The notes beneath the pieces were generated by a model, which saw only the letters and a program-made list of their open reading frames with translations, made no database searches and was not told the DNA's origin. A DNA stretch of 63,528 bases, counting the filler, from Octopus bimaculoides (lineage: Eukaryota), in the NCBI RefSeq assembly GCF_001194135.2. It is 3 parts of 3 records of this genome, joined end to end, with 100 filler letters (N's around TTAATTAATTAA, not from the genome) between each part and the next. Parts side by side here need not be neighbours in the genome. Positions count along the whole stretch, not along the records: positions 23,706 to 52,868 come from NC_068986.1; 2 more parts are not named here. One strand, 5' to 3'. The translations under genes were made by a program, and so were the position numbers. How positions within the stretch are numbered: position 1 is the stretch's first letter; every line of letters begins with the position of its first letter. Positions 37,961 through 50,289 of this stretch are shown here, one piece after another.

Positions 37961-39809
37961 GGTACATATTTATAACTTGGGGAACTGAACACCTGTTAAT
38001 ATTTAAAAAAAACAGCATTGGTTATACAGTACCAATAGGCAGCTAGCTATTCGACAAGACCATCAGCCATTTCTTTGATTCGGCTCTACACAAGATTGTA
38101 TTTTTGTAAGGGAAATATATTGTCAAATGATTAATTATCAATAAATTATTGGTTTTTATTTAAACGTCCGTGAAAGAAGGACAGGAAGATTCAAGCAGAA
38201 TAAAAACTATGAGAGAGAGAGGGGGGAAGAGAGAGACCCTAGAAATCTCAAAACTATATTGGAAATCTACACTGGAAATTTCAAAAGTATGTTGGGAGGT
38301 TAAAATTTAGATCGATTGTCTTTTTTTACCTGTTTCTTTCTGTGAAGGGAGGTTACTCTGTATTACACTCACAATTTAGTTACGGGAGAGAACTCTGTAT
38401 GTTTATATTCTGTATTTGACAATTTAAGAGGCGCAGTACATATAAGTATCCCACTTTTGGGAGGCCCTTTCTTAAACTTCCACTTGCCTGACTCTTTTTC
38501 TCGAGACGCTAAGTTACGTTGCATGAAGGCACGAACAGAGACAGACATACATACGAACTTCCATATAGTTTCTGTCAACTAAATTCCACATGTAGGTAAT
38601 GGCCCAATGTTTTTCATTGATGGATTAAGTAGTGACCATGGAGATGAATAGGAGGCGAACAAATTGCTAGTGTTAATAATATGAAGATGGTTTAAAACTT
38701 GTCTAACAGGCAGAATCGTCGGATGAAGACAGTAGGGTGTTTTGAGGGAGATTTGGCTGCTATTTCTACCAGGTCTAGCTACCATGTAGAGGTCTCCCTC
38801 ATAGGCTCATACATATATACATAAAATCGAAATAAAACCCTTAAAGTAACAGTCATCAAATACAAATGAACGAGAAACTGTAACTGAAACTAAAGATTAA
38901 GATTATTAACCCCAAAATTTTATGCGTTTTAATAGCAATCAAGTTTTTTCTCTTTTTTGCGTAGCTTTTCATGTCAGCTGTAAAGGTGAAGAGGGTTAAC
39001 TTGGACAGTGTTAAGTAGTGGAGATGTTTGGTGCTTCTATGTGGTCGTTACTTTTGACTGTTTCTTCTCAATAAGGATAGTTGATTGATAACGAATCGTA
39101 ACACAATGTATATACAACTTCAAGTGGAATTGTACGTCATAAAAGAGACAACATAGCGACGGTTTTGGCTGACTGTCATCCAGTACTCCTCTTGTTGCCA
39201 GTGAAATGGTATGTGCCGGCTGTCTCAGCAACTGGTTGATTTTAATGATGGAACAAACAGGAGAAGAGGATTACAAAAATAGCGATTGTCACCTTGAAAC
39301 TAACTATTTTGAAACTCATTTTAGATTACGGAATGCCCCACTCTCTCATGTATCTGTGTTAAAATTTCAGCGCGATCGGATAAACAATACTCAAGTTATA
39401 AGTACACAGACAGACAGACAGACAGACAGAACGGATTTTATATAAGATATGGGCTTCTTTCAGTTTCTGTCTACCAAATCCACTCACAAGGCTTTGGTTG
39501 GCTCGATGCAATAGTAGAAGACACTTGCCCCAGGTGCTATGCAGTGGGACTGAACCCAGAATCATGTGGTTAGGAAGCAAGATTGTTACCCCACAAGAAT
39601 AAAAGAACACAGGTGGAGTTCAAAATTCACAACTGTTTTGGCAGCATTTTATTGATGTATTCTCAGCATAGCAAAAACTTGCCATTGTCAGGTAGATTTT
39701 AAATATGTAAACAATTAAGAAAGAAACAGGTGACCAGTTCACCAATGACCATGTTGAACTTCTTTTTTAGGTGCCAGAATATAAGAAAGCATTGCAAGCG
39801 AACAGTTTC

Positions 39810-40230
39810 TTAATTCCTTTAACTCCATGTGGAGCATCATGTCTCAACAAGAAATCTCCAGCTGTCTTGATCTTCGGCAAAAATTGCAATTGTCCCCTAA
39901 TGTAGCCACCTGGCAGTGCTTCCATTTCTGTGGAACTTCTCCACATTGTTTGCGGTCCACTATATTTGTTTCTCCCTTGGAGTGCCCGTCAGAAGGCTTG
40001 GCTTGTAATATTGGAAACAGGCCTCTGTAACGCGTGTCCCAGCCAACCCTATTTCCTCCTCTCTACCTGGTTTTTGATAGATTACTAGTTCATCTGTTCC
40101 TACAAGGCTTTTTTTGTGAGTCTATCTTGCCATCTCACCCATAGGAAATTCCAGAAATATCTCTTCATAAACGTTTGGATCTTGTGGAGCACTTTTGTAA
40201 CTTGCCATGCTTCACAAGATTCAAAGAAAG
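39810..40230 (-). mobile_element. RTE-clade LINE 3' coding remnant (different subfamily)
   Basis: CEAWQVTKVLHKIQTF...RWQDRL...QVERRK*GWLGHALQRP.SNITSQA...GP..MWR, with many stops. Confidence 0.75.
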
Positions 40231-40772
40231 TGAGAAGTAACAACTGATAAAAGATTATTAGTTGCACTAAATGTAAAAAGTTCTGTTGTTGTAGAGTTCC
40301 AGGTCAAACCTGATCAAAAGTAGTATTCCAGCCATGACCGTCATGTCTCTTGTTTCCAATAAAGTTTTGTATCAAATTAAGACAGTTAGATGTGACTTGA
40401 GAGGAAGTTAGTTTCTATTTCTAGCAAGAAGAGTAACTATGTAAAGGTTCTATTGTTGGCTCTTTTTCTACAATATAAGAGTCACAGTTGAGTAAAGCCA
40501 GAATCTATTTCATTTAGATACAAATAGTAAATTCCTGGTGTTGAATTGTTTACATCCCCTTAACTTAGCAGTTCAGCAAAAGAGACCAATAGAATAAGTA
40601 TCAAGCTTATAAAAAAATAAGTACTGGGGTTGATTTATTCAACTAAAAATGCATGGCTGCAATCTAATGACTGAAACAAGTAAAAGATAAAAGATATTAA
40701 ATGATGAAAAGCATAAAAAATAATGACAAAACATAACAATATAACAAAGAAAATAAAATATGGAAATGTTTG

Positions 40773-40778
40773 TTTATT
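40773..40778 (-). promoter_or_regulatory. Probable NDUFA8 polyadenylation signal AATAAA
   Basis: Minus-strand AATAAA about 127 nt downstream of the stop codon. Confidence 0.5.
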
Positions 40779-40904
40779 GTAGCTGAAGAAATACAAAGTT
40801 TTAAAGCCTGACAGACAGACTAAAAAATCTGCTTCTAAAAGTACAACCTTGGTATATTCTGATTTCCAAAGTAACAAGTTTAAATATCTAGTGATTGGCC
40901 AGGG

Positions 40905-41109
40905 TTAATCTAAAATTCTGTTAGGTAGAGGTGCAGTGTCAGTGTTTGGTGGTTCAGGAATTTTCTCTGGTAACTTGTGTGGTGGCAGCTGAAACCTCGG
41001 ACGCTGTGTGTCATGCAGGCGAATTTTAGAGAAGTAACCAACATAAGGGCGTTCAATTCCCAGTTTCTCTTTGACGCATTCATCAAACACATTCTGTGTC
41101 TTGCGACAG
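40905..41109 (-). CDS. NDUFA8: NDUFA8 exon 3 (c+CRKTQNVFDECVKEKLGIERPYVGYFSKIRLHDTQRP...NRILD*), terminal exon
   Basis: CCAG acceptor. The phase matches exon 2 (AA+C = Asn). The joined ORF is 169 aa with four CX9C motifs (C38-48, C58-68, C80-90, C103-113). Confidence 0.95.
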
Positions 41110-41572
41110 CTGGAGAAGATCAAAGAACATTTTGGTAAATTAAACAAGAATATCTCATTTCATGACAGTTTTAGAACTGGAAAATAGTATATGCCAACTA
41201 AATATACATTTTATCTTATGTTGTTCTATCTAAAATCCATATATATATATATGTGTGTGTGTGTATTTTAATAATACTATAGATGTTTGTTTGTACTTGA
41301 AATATCTCAGAAATATTATATTTCATCTTAATTTTTTGGCACATTTTTCATACTTACCTTCAGCAGTGCAGTACAAATTTTTGTGACATTAGGACCCCTA
41401 TTCATTAATGAAAATGAGTAAACACAATTTTTGTTTGTTATTTCTTGACGGAAAAAAAATATGGCTTTCATGATGTCAACACACATATAATGAATTTCAT
41501 GGAGTGTCAATGAACACAAACACACGTCTGCTATCTGTGACATATACACACACATAGTCTTCCAAGTTTTTC

Positions 41573-41837
41573 CAAGTTATTTTGCATACTTTCAACAAAT
41601 GTGACATTGAAATCACGCGTAAATAGCTCCTTTCCCTAGAAAAGGAAAGATTTGGCTGCTATTTCTAGCACGCCCTGCTACCATGTAATAACTACTTGCG
41701 ATAAAGGACCCAAAACACCTGTTACGTGGTAGTAGGGCATGCAAGAAATAGCAGCAAAATCTTTCCTTTTCCAGGGAAAGGAGCTATTTACACGTGATTT
41801 CAAAGTCACATTTGTTGAAAGCATGCAAAATAACTTG
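41573..41837. mobile_element. Fold-back element in NDUFA8 intron 2 (about 117-bp arms, 29-nt spacer, about 90% identity)
   Basis: 41573-41690 reverse-complements 41720-41837. The right end abuts a gap. Confidence 0.85.
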
Positions 41838-41954
41838 NNNNNNNNNNNNNNNNNNNNNNNNNNNNNNNNNNNNNNNNNNNNNNNNNNNNNNNNNNNNNNN
41901 NNNNNNNNNNNNNNNNNNNNNNNNNNNNNNNNNNNNNNNNNNNNNNNNNNNNNN

Positions 41955-41993
<39 letters not shown>

Positions 41994-43803
41994 GTGGTGA
42001 ATTACTGTACTCAAGAAGACATGCCTACCATAATGGAGGTGAGATCCTAAAACCAAGGTGCCATGCAAAAAGCATTGGTGTGAGTGCTGGTGCCATGTAA
42101 AAAGCACCCAGTACACTCTGTAAAGTTGTTGGCATTAAGAAGGGTATACAACTACATAAACCAGGCCAAAACAGACAAGGGAACTTGATGGTCTTACCAG
42201 TTCCTGTCAGGCCATCCAATCCATGCCAGCATAGTAAAAAGGCATTAAATGGTGATGATGATGACATATATATATTGGAGGTGCATGGAGATGTGTGGCT
42301 TAGTGGTTAGGGTGTTGGACTCGTGATCATAAGATTGTAGTTTCAATTTCTGGACTGGGCAATGTGTTGCGTTCTTGAGCAACACACTTTAAGTTGCTCC
42401 AGTCCACTCAGCTGGCAAAAATGAGTAATCCTGTGATGGATTAGTGTCCCATTCAAGGAAGAATATATGCACTTCAGAAACTAGGAAACTGACCCTTTGA
42501 GTCTATAAGACTTGAGAAAGATCTTCATTCCTTTTTTATCTTGTATGTGCAGGCATGGCTGTGTGGTTAACTAGGTTCAGCCCCATTATGTGGCTCCTTG
42601 GGCAATCAAAGCTTTGAGAGTGGATTTGATAAACAGAAACTGAAAGAAGCCTGCCATGTATGTAACTTGGACTTAAATGCCCTAGTTTTTAATTCATGAA
42701 CACATGTAACAAAGATATCATGTGTTGGATATTTCTTGTTTCAGAGATATCTTTCAAATAAAAAAGAATGAACGTGATGATATATAACATATTACTAGTT
42801 AGTGTTCAATGAAGATGTTTTGATTGAAATAATAAAAAGTAATCCTGCTTGCACTTGATGATACTAATCAAGGTGGGGAAGAAATAGCCAGTTGTACAAA
42901 GTCCTCTACGGATAGCTGGAACCCATTATGAAATAGGGACAATCTTCCATTAACCCTTTAACATTCAGATTACTTTGTCAAATGTAATACTTATTTATTC
43001 CTATTGCTTTTAATTATTCATGCATCATCTGATAGTTTTAAGATTTCAATGACATCATTGTATATTTTCAAAATGACATTGTAGGGTATGTACAAGGAGT
43101 GAAATCTGGCCAGTTTGATCATAAAAAAGGTAAAATATTTGGGCTGGATATGGCCAGTTTAAATACTAAAGTGTTAAATAATCCTTTCTGCCAAAGGCAC
43201 AAGGCCCGAAATTTTGGGGGAGCGGAATACTCAATTACATAGACCCCAGTGCTCAACTGGTATTTATTTCATCGACCCCAAAAAGATGAAAAGCAAAGCT
43301 GACCTCAGCAGAATTTGAACTCAGAATGTAAAGACAGATGAAATGTCACAAAGCATTTTGCCAGGAATGCTAATGATTCTGCCAGCCTTAATCTTCCATT
43401 AAATAATAACACAATTTCTAATACAGAAGTATAATGGCTGCAAGTTCAATATACAGGACTACTGAACAGGGGCTGAAATGATACTACAGATATTGCACTG
43501 TTCTCTGAATAAGGCACATAACTCAATCTGTGGGACTGATAAAATAAGTTTCTTTCTTACTTCAAATATGACAGATTAGTACTAGAAAGATGCTTCCAGA
43601 TGCATAATCAAGCTTTGTTCAATCAGTTGTAAAAATTAGATGTTACCAATTTAAAATCACTTCATATAATATGTGGTTGGAACACTGCAAGATTCAAGAA
43701 TGTTATACTAGTTTTAATTACATTCATTCTGTACCAGAATAGGTGATGCCGAAAAATAAAACAGAAAAATAGGAGGTAGGGGGTAAAAAAAAAAAATACA
43801 TAC

Positions 43804-43979
43804 TTCTCAAAGTTCATGTCATTTCCTGAATGATCAATACACTGCCAGTAATCATAAAACTGATCAGGGCAATGAGTTTTCACTTTACTAAAGAACTCAA
43901 AACCACAACGTGTAACTTCTTTGCCTTCATTTAAACAACGCCTAGGGTCATTTGTCTCATCTCTACACAGCATGAATTC
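43804..43979 (-). CDS. NDUFA8: NDUFA8 exon 2 (EFMLCRDETNDPRRCLNEGKEVTRCGFEFFSKVKTHCPDQFYDYWQCIDHSGNDMNFE+aa), 176 nt
   Basis: TTTTTTCAG acceptor and GTATGT donor (phase 2). It carries the EFMLCR...DPRRCL.EGK.V..C motif typical of NDUFA8. Confidence 0.96.
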
Positions 43980-44151
43980 CTGAAAAAAAGAAAGCAAATA
44001 AATATGGTTGACTATTTATAGCAAGAATCACAAACAAGAGGATGACTGCCAAAAGATACTCCTAATTTAGAGTTGTTCAGACTAAATAGATCCAAGAGGC
44101 CTGATCTAATACACAAGCAAAGCAAAGATACTTCAATAATGACCACTGTCT

Positions 44152-44539
44152 CTCTCTTTTACTTGTTTCAGTCATTTGACTGAGGCCATGCCGGAGCACC
44201 GCCTTTAGTCGAGAAAATCGACCCCAGGACTTATTCTTTATAAGCCTAGTACTTATTCTATTGGTCTCTTTTTGCCGAACTGCTAAGTTATGGGCACATA
44301 AACACACCAACATCGGTTGTGAAACGATGGTGGGGGGGGACAAACACAGACACACAAACATATATATACATATGTATGATGGGCTTCTTTCAGTTTCCGT
44401 CTACCAAATCCACTCACAAGGCTTTGGTCAGCCCAAGGCTGTAGTAGAAGACACTTGCCCAAGGTGCCACGCAGTGGGACTGAACCCAGAACCATGTGGT
44501 TGGTAAGCAAGCTACTTACCACACAGCCACTCCTGCGCC
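44152..44539 (-). mobile_element. SINE family A copy (a second, younger copy at 44958-45339 is cut by a gap)
   Basis: Full-length reverse-complement match to 8126-8534. Confidence 0.9.
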
Positions 44540-47500
44540 TGTCTTTTTATTTTTTTAACAGTCACAGTACTTAGGGCTATATTATCCAGTGTGTCCTAAG
44601 ATAGTAAGGGATTATTTGAGAGAGATTTGGTTGCTGTCTTATAGAAGTTTAAGTGACTGCAACGAAATTCCCACTCTTTGTTCATGTAAACGAATTGTTG
44701 ATCATGTATTTACCAATTCACTTCTCCTCTATTTTATCGTCTTACTTAAAACATGCTTCAATCCACAAAACTGTTAGTCAGTTTTACCTCTTCTGTTGCC
44801 TGCATATATATATGTGTACATGAATGTATGTATTTATTAGTATATTTGCCTCAATTGTATTCAGGTATATATAGGAATGTACATTTTAGGACAGTCAGCA
44901 TATTTGATCATCTCTAATTTTTTTGTTTTTTTTGAAATTCTATAATATTGAACCAGCTCTTTACTCTTTTACTTGTTTCAGTCATTTGACTGTGGCCATG
45001 CTGGAGCACCGCCTTTAGTCGAGCAAATCGACCCCGGGACTTATTCTTTGGAAGCCTAGTACTTATTCTATCGGTCTCTTTTGCCGAACCGCTAAGTTAC
45101 GGGGACGTAAACACACCAGCATCGGTTGTCAAGCGATGTTGGGGAGACAAACACAGACATACAAACATATACACATACATATATATATATATACGACGGG
45201 CTTCTTTCAGTTTCCGTCTACCAAATCCACTCACAAGGCTTTGGTTGGCCCGAGGCTATAGTAGAAGACACTTGCCCAAGGTGCCACACAGTGGGACTGA
45301 ACCCGGAACCATGTGGTTGGTAAGCAAACTACTTACCACNNNNNNNNNNNNNNNNNNNNNNNNNNNNNNNNNNNNNNNNNNNNNNNNNNNNNNNNNNNNN
45401 NNNNNNNNNNNNNNNNNNNNNNNNNNNNNNNNNNNNNNNNNNNNNNNNNNNNNNNNNNNNNNNNNNNNNNNNNNNNNNNNNNNNNNNNNNNNNNNNNNNA
45501 TTTAACATCAGTTTACCATGCTGTTTATTGTTTACCAAAAGGTGGCGAGCTGGCAGAAACATTAGCACACCGGGCGAAATACTTAGCAGCATTTTGTCTG
45601 CCGCTATGTTCTGAGTTCAAATTCCGCCGAGGTCGACTTTGCTTTCATCCTTTCGGGGTCGATAAATTAAGTACCAGTTATGCACTGGGGTCGATGTAAT
45701 CGACTTAATCCCTTTGTCTGTCTTTGTTTGTTCCCTCTATGTTTAGCCCTTTGTGGGCAATAAAGAAATAAGATGCTGGCATGGATTGGACAGCTTGACA
45801 GGAACTGGCAAGGCCAGGGACTACACCAAGTTCCATAGTCTGTTTTGGTTTGGTTTCTATGGCTGGACACCCTTCCTAACGTCAATTACTTTACAGAGAG
45901 TATTGGGTGCTTTTTACGTGGCACCTTGGTTTCGGGATCTAAGTTCCATTGTGGTGGGCGAGCCTTCTGTGAAAGCAAAACATTTGAAGAAGCTATAGTA
46001 ATCCTATATTATTGCAAGCTGTGAAAGCAAAAAATTTGAAGTTACGCTCACAAAAATAATCAATTCTACTTCCGTCCCTGCTAGGATGCGTAGTGGTGAG
46101 AACCATAACTTATCAGGTAATAAGAGCAGCATCATTGAAGTCTTCATCTCCGGTAGTGCATATTAGGCAAGCGAGCTTGACAAGGTCCATTCATCTTGAA
46201 AACCCACACCTGAATTAAGTACTACTTGCTTATGGAAAAGTCATGGACTTTGTAGAGGTACCAATGTTTGTATGAGTACTTTTTAATTGCTTGTGTGAAA
46301 GATCCCTTACTTGCATAACAGGTCAGGATAAGAGATAGGAAGGGCATTCAGAGGTAAAAGAATGTCTCAGTGATTATATCCATTTTAAACATTATTATGT
46401 TGGGAAAAAAGACACTAAAACAAAAGTAACAAATGAATAAACATGTGTGTGTATGTGTGAATGTTCATGGTTGTCTCCACTTGAGTGAACCAATGGTGAT
46501 GTTGATTGCAACCAGTTGTTCTGCAGTTTTGAAAACTGTGAAATTAAAGAAATCCTTTATTATAGAAACAGGTAAAGGTTGGCGACAGAAAGAGCATCCA
46601 ACCATAAAATCCTGCCTCAAATAACTCCCTATCCAACTCATCCTGACATGGGAAAATGGCCATCAGACGAATGAATAAATATTGCATTTTGTAAAATAAT
46701 AAACATGAGCTACAGAATTCCAGTGAACCAATAATCACTGGTCCATTATATTCAAAATAACAATGAATGAGTCACATAGAGGTTGTTGTTATTCAATTTG
46801 AAAGTCCTGAAGAGCATAAGCCTTTGTAATAACAGTCGAAGAGTCTAAGAGATGATGCAGCTCAATGGCACAATATCAAGCGATTATAGTATGTTACCAT
46901 CATCATCATCATTTAGCATCCTCGCTGGCATGGGTTGGATAGTTTGACATGGAGCTGGCTAGCACAGAGCTGTCCAGGCTCCAACTGTCTGTTGTGGCAT
47001 GGTTTCTATGGCTGGATGCCCTTCCTAATGCCAACCACTTAACAGTGTACTAGGTGTTTTTTACATGCCACTGGCACAAGTGTGTTTATGTAGCACCAGC
47101 ATGGGTGTGTTAATGCAACACCAGCACGAGTACTTTTTAAGTGGCACCGGCACCTGAAAGACAAGCCTGTGGGTGTGTGGAAGACAGTGGAGTTAAAATT
47201 CCTTGATCTGGCAGGAAATCATTCTACAATGGAACAGTAGCATCCTAAGTGTGTGAACTTTATTCCAACGCAAACTAGATGCTAAAATATTTTGTGGTAC
47301 TGAAAGGTAAAAACAGTGCTGGTGCCACATAAGAAGTACTAATGATAGTGCCATATAAAAAGTACTGGTGCTGATGCTACATATAAAGCACCCAATACAC
47401 TCTGTAAAGTGGTCGACATTAGAAAGAACCAGCAGTAGAAACCAAGCCAAAACAGACTATGGTACCTGTGCAGCCCCTGGACTTCCCAGTTTCTATCCAG

Positions 47501-48287
47501 CCATCCAGCCCATGCCAGCATGGAAAAAAGGGCGTTAAATGTTGATGCTGCTGCTGCTGCTGATGGCATCAAAGATGTACAGGCATAGCAGATGCACCCT
47601 AATTTCAGAAGTACATATTTATGAAAAAAAGTTTGCAGTACACTAAAAGCCTGTAATATTTAAAGCAATTTTACATATAGGGCCTGGGGTGGTGTTTTTT
47701 TTGTTTTTTTTAAATATGCATCTTATATGCCATCAAATACAGTATCTGTATGATGCAACCATTGTCATATGATGCATATTCCATTACCATGAAGGACAAG
47801 CATTTGTAAGTAGTGTGATGATTTTTAACTGTTTCTGTGAGAACTTTTGGTGTGGTGCATGTGAAATTCTTCTATTTGCGGACTCATTTGTAAATGCTAT
47901 TAAGTCACCAAAAAAGTGTTTTTTTATAAAGGTGTCACACCTGTTAATATATCTACACCATACTTAACCCTTTAGCATTTAGATCAGCCATATGTGGCAC
48001 AAATATTCTACCAGTTTTATCTTCAAACTGGCCAGATCCAGCCTCTTACACCTACCCAACATTGTCATTCTGAAAATAAACAATCACATCATCGAAATCT
48101 CAAAGCTATGAGATAAAGGATGATTAATTCTAAACAATGTGAAGAAATAAGGATTATATTTGACAGAGAAATCTGAATGCTAAAGGGTAAATCCTTCATT
48201 CCCTATGGAGTATAGACCAGTGACAACATTTTTCTGCTGTTTTCAATTCCAGGCCGTTCTTTCCCAGTTTCTGTTGGTTTTGAATTA

Positions 48288-48480
48288 TCAATGGTACTTT
48301 TGTAACTTTGTGTTTTTTTTTAAGGGAGGAACGTTGGCCCTAAGCAAGTCAATTTTTACCTTTGAGAAGTGATTCATATTAGCCAACTCCCTATCCTTTA
48401 ACTTGTCAAGCGTTTGAGCCCCTATCAGCAGCCTGCACTCCCTGGCATAATTCCCTTGTTGCCACACAAACAAGCCACCA
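48288..48480 (-). mobile_element. Possible retroelement gag CCHC zinc-knuckle relic
   Basis: tgt ggc aac aag gga (c)at tat gcc agg gag tgc gives C-GNKG-H-YARE-C after restoring one base. Confidence 0.45.
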
Positions 48481-49192
48481 CACCGTAGGTGTGTGTGTTC
48501 TTAGGACTGAGTCAATGTGTTTTTAATCGAAACAATCAACACACAGATATAGCGTTGTATTTCCCATTCTGATATTGTCTGACGTAAAGAAGCAACTGAT
48601 AAGGTTGGCGACAAAAAAGGGCATCCTTCCGTAAACCCCTATTTCAGAAGAGTCGTACAAACCCATACGGGCGTGAAAAAAGCGAACGAATAATGATGAT
48701 AATGAAGAGTGCGTTGAAATGAAAAGGACAATAATTATAGTCTGTTCACTTCCTAACTTGGATATGTTAAATAACATTCTTAGTGCAAAATCTCAGCAGT
48801 TAATGATATATTGCAATTATGTGATTTCTATTAAAATTTTAACCAGAAAAATACTCGCAGATACAGGAGCAACTGATGGAGCCGCTATAGAGTGATTCAC
48901 CTACTCGTTCAGGACTGGCCTGGGGCTGAGCAAAACAACAATAGAGTTAAAATACAGGCATAATACTATCATTAGGGTGATACTTGTTATGGATATTTCC
49001 CCTTCATTCTGAAAACGTAATAATGCAAGAACTCAGAACTATAATATACTTCATTCTAAATGAATGATGGATAAAAAGAGATCTAAGTATGCACTGAGCT
49101 GAACACATGAACAATTAACAAGGTGAACCGACTAAAAATATTTCAGTCACCCTTTGCATAACCTTGTACACAGTAAAGGTATAAGTACTTAC

Positions 49193-49321
49193 TTTGCACT
49201 GGTAGTCACAGTATTTACCATAATAGAGTGAACCAGCTCGAAGTACGGATGAAGTGAGCTGCAATTCTGGTACATCTAGCTCTTCATGACTGGGAAGCCA
49301 GTCTTCTTCTCGAAAAGGCAT
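49193..49321 (-). CDS. NDUFA8: NDUFA8 exon 1 (MPFREEDWLPSHEELDVPELQLTSSVLRAGSLYYGKYCDYQCK), phase 0 GTAAGT donor
   Basis: ATG at 49321. The translation resembles the NDUFA8 N-terminus (LP..EEL.V.E...SS.VL.A....YG..CD), and a GTAAGT donor starts at 49192. Confidence 0.95.
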
Positions 49322-49957
49322 GTTTGTCCTTGGTCGGGAAAAACTCAACCAAAACACACTCACTACAGCTGGCCGCTTACGAAAGCGAGTTAAGGCCGCT
49401 TAAGCGTTATCACGCAGCTCTCTCCAAGTTACTTGTTATATATACATTACATTATTATGAAACCATCTATGTAAGAAACAATTTTTATTATTATTAAAAT
49501 GTCAGAAAGAATTATATTATAACGGACTCACATACAGACATACGATTACATATAAACAAAGCGAAAAAGAGGGAGAGAAAGAAAAAAGAAAAGAGCAATA
49601 GAGTAATCTTTTACTAAAACGGCGTCAATTAAAGAAAGACAAGATATCAATTAAAATAATGGGAAATGTACGAAAATGACTTGGCTATCGATTAGATGAA
49701 ATAAAACAATTACCGGAAATTACTTTTTTAAAAATGATTATCTTGACTGTTACACCTTATAATACTGTTATACTATGTAATATAGACTGTTACATCTTCT
49801 AATATATAACTCTTGTTGAGACAGATATACATATTTCTCCATAATTTTTTTCCTGAAAACAAAATAAAAATATATGCATTATACGCAGATCTTCCTCCCT
49901 CCCTGTGCTTCCCCGTCTGTCTGTCTCTTTCTCTCCCCCCTCTCTCTCTCTCTGCCT

Positions 49958-49988
<31 letters not shown>

Positions 49989-50083
49989 TATCGTTTGTAG
50001 AAAACATAAATCCGAAAGAAAAAGCACGCTCTAAGACGTAGGGCAGTATATATTAAAGTATTAAAGTGGGGAAGGCTGGCCTA

Positions 50084-50146
50084 TGGGATTACCTTAGGTT
50101 TCCCGTCCATAAAGGATTTAGCTTTATGGCGTATCGTCAGATCCCA
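50084..50146 (-). ncRNA. Type I hammerhead ribozyme motif in the left arm of a fold-back
   Basis: ugggau-CUGACGA-uacg-ccauaaag(cuaaauc)cuuuaugg-acgg-GAAAC-cuaag-GUA-auccca. Perfect 6-bp stem I; the base of stem II is imperfect. Confidence 0.6.
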
Positions 50147-50199
50147 AAACCTGTTGGCCCATGACCTCTTCAAAAACTTTCCTCCAGGCCAACAAGTTT

Positions 50200-50261
50200 T
50201 GAGATCTGACGATACGCCATAAAACTAATCCTTTATGGACGGGAAACCTAAGGTAATCCCA
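50200..50261 (+). ncRNA. Mirror-image hammerhead motif in the right arm of the same fold-back
   Basis: ugagau-CUGACGA...GAAAC-cuaag-GUA-auccca, with one stem I mismatch. Confidence 0.55.
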
Positions 50262-50289
50262 TAAACCGGCCTTCCTCATTTTTAATATA

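Larger units (their letters stand above)
50061..50285. mobile_element. 225-bp fold-back (about 97-bp arms, 27-nt spacer); each arm contains a hammerhead motif
   Basis: The arms differ by 8 transitions and 1 indel over the aligned core. Confidence 0.9.

Noticed and set aside
49322-49363. Upstream in-frame extension of NDUFA8 from a non-ATG start in the ORF track
   Set aside because: Homology begins at the ATG at 49321; the extension is probably 5' UTR.
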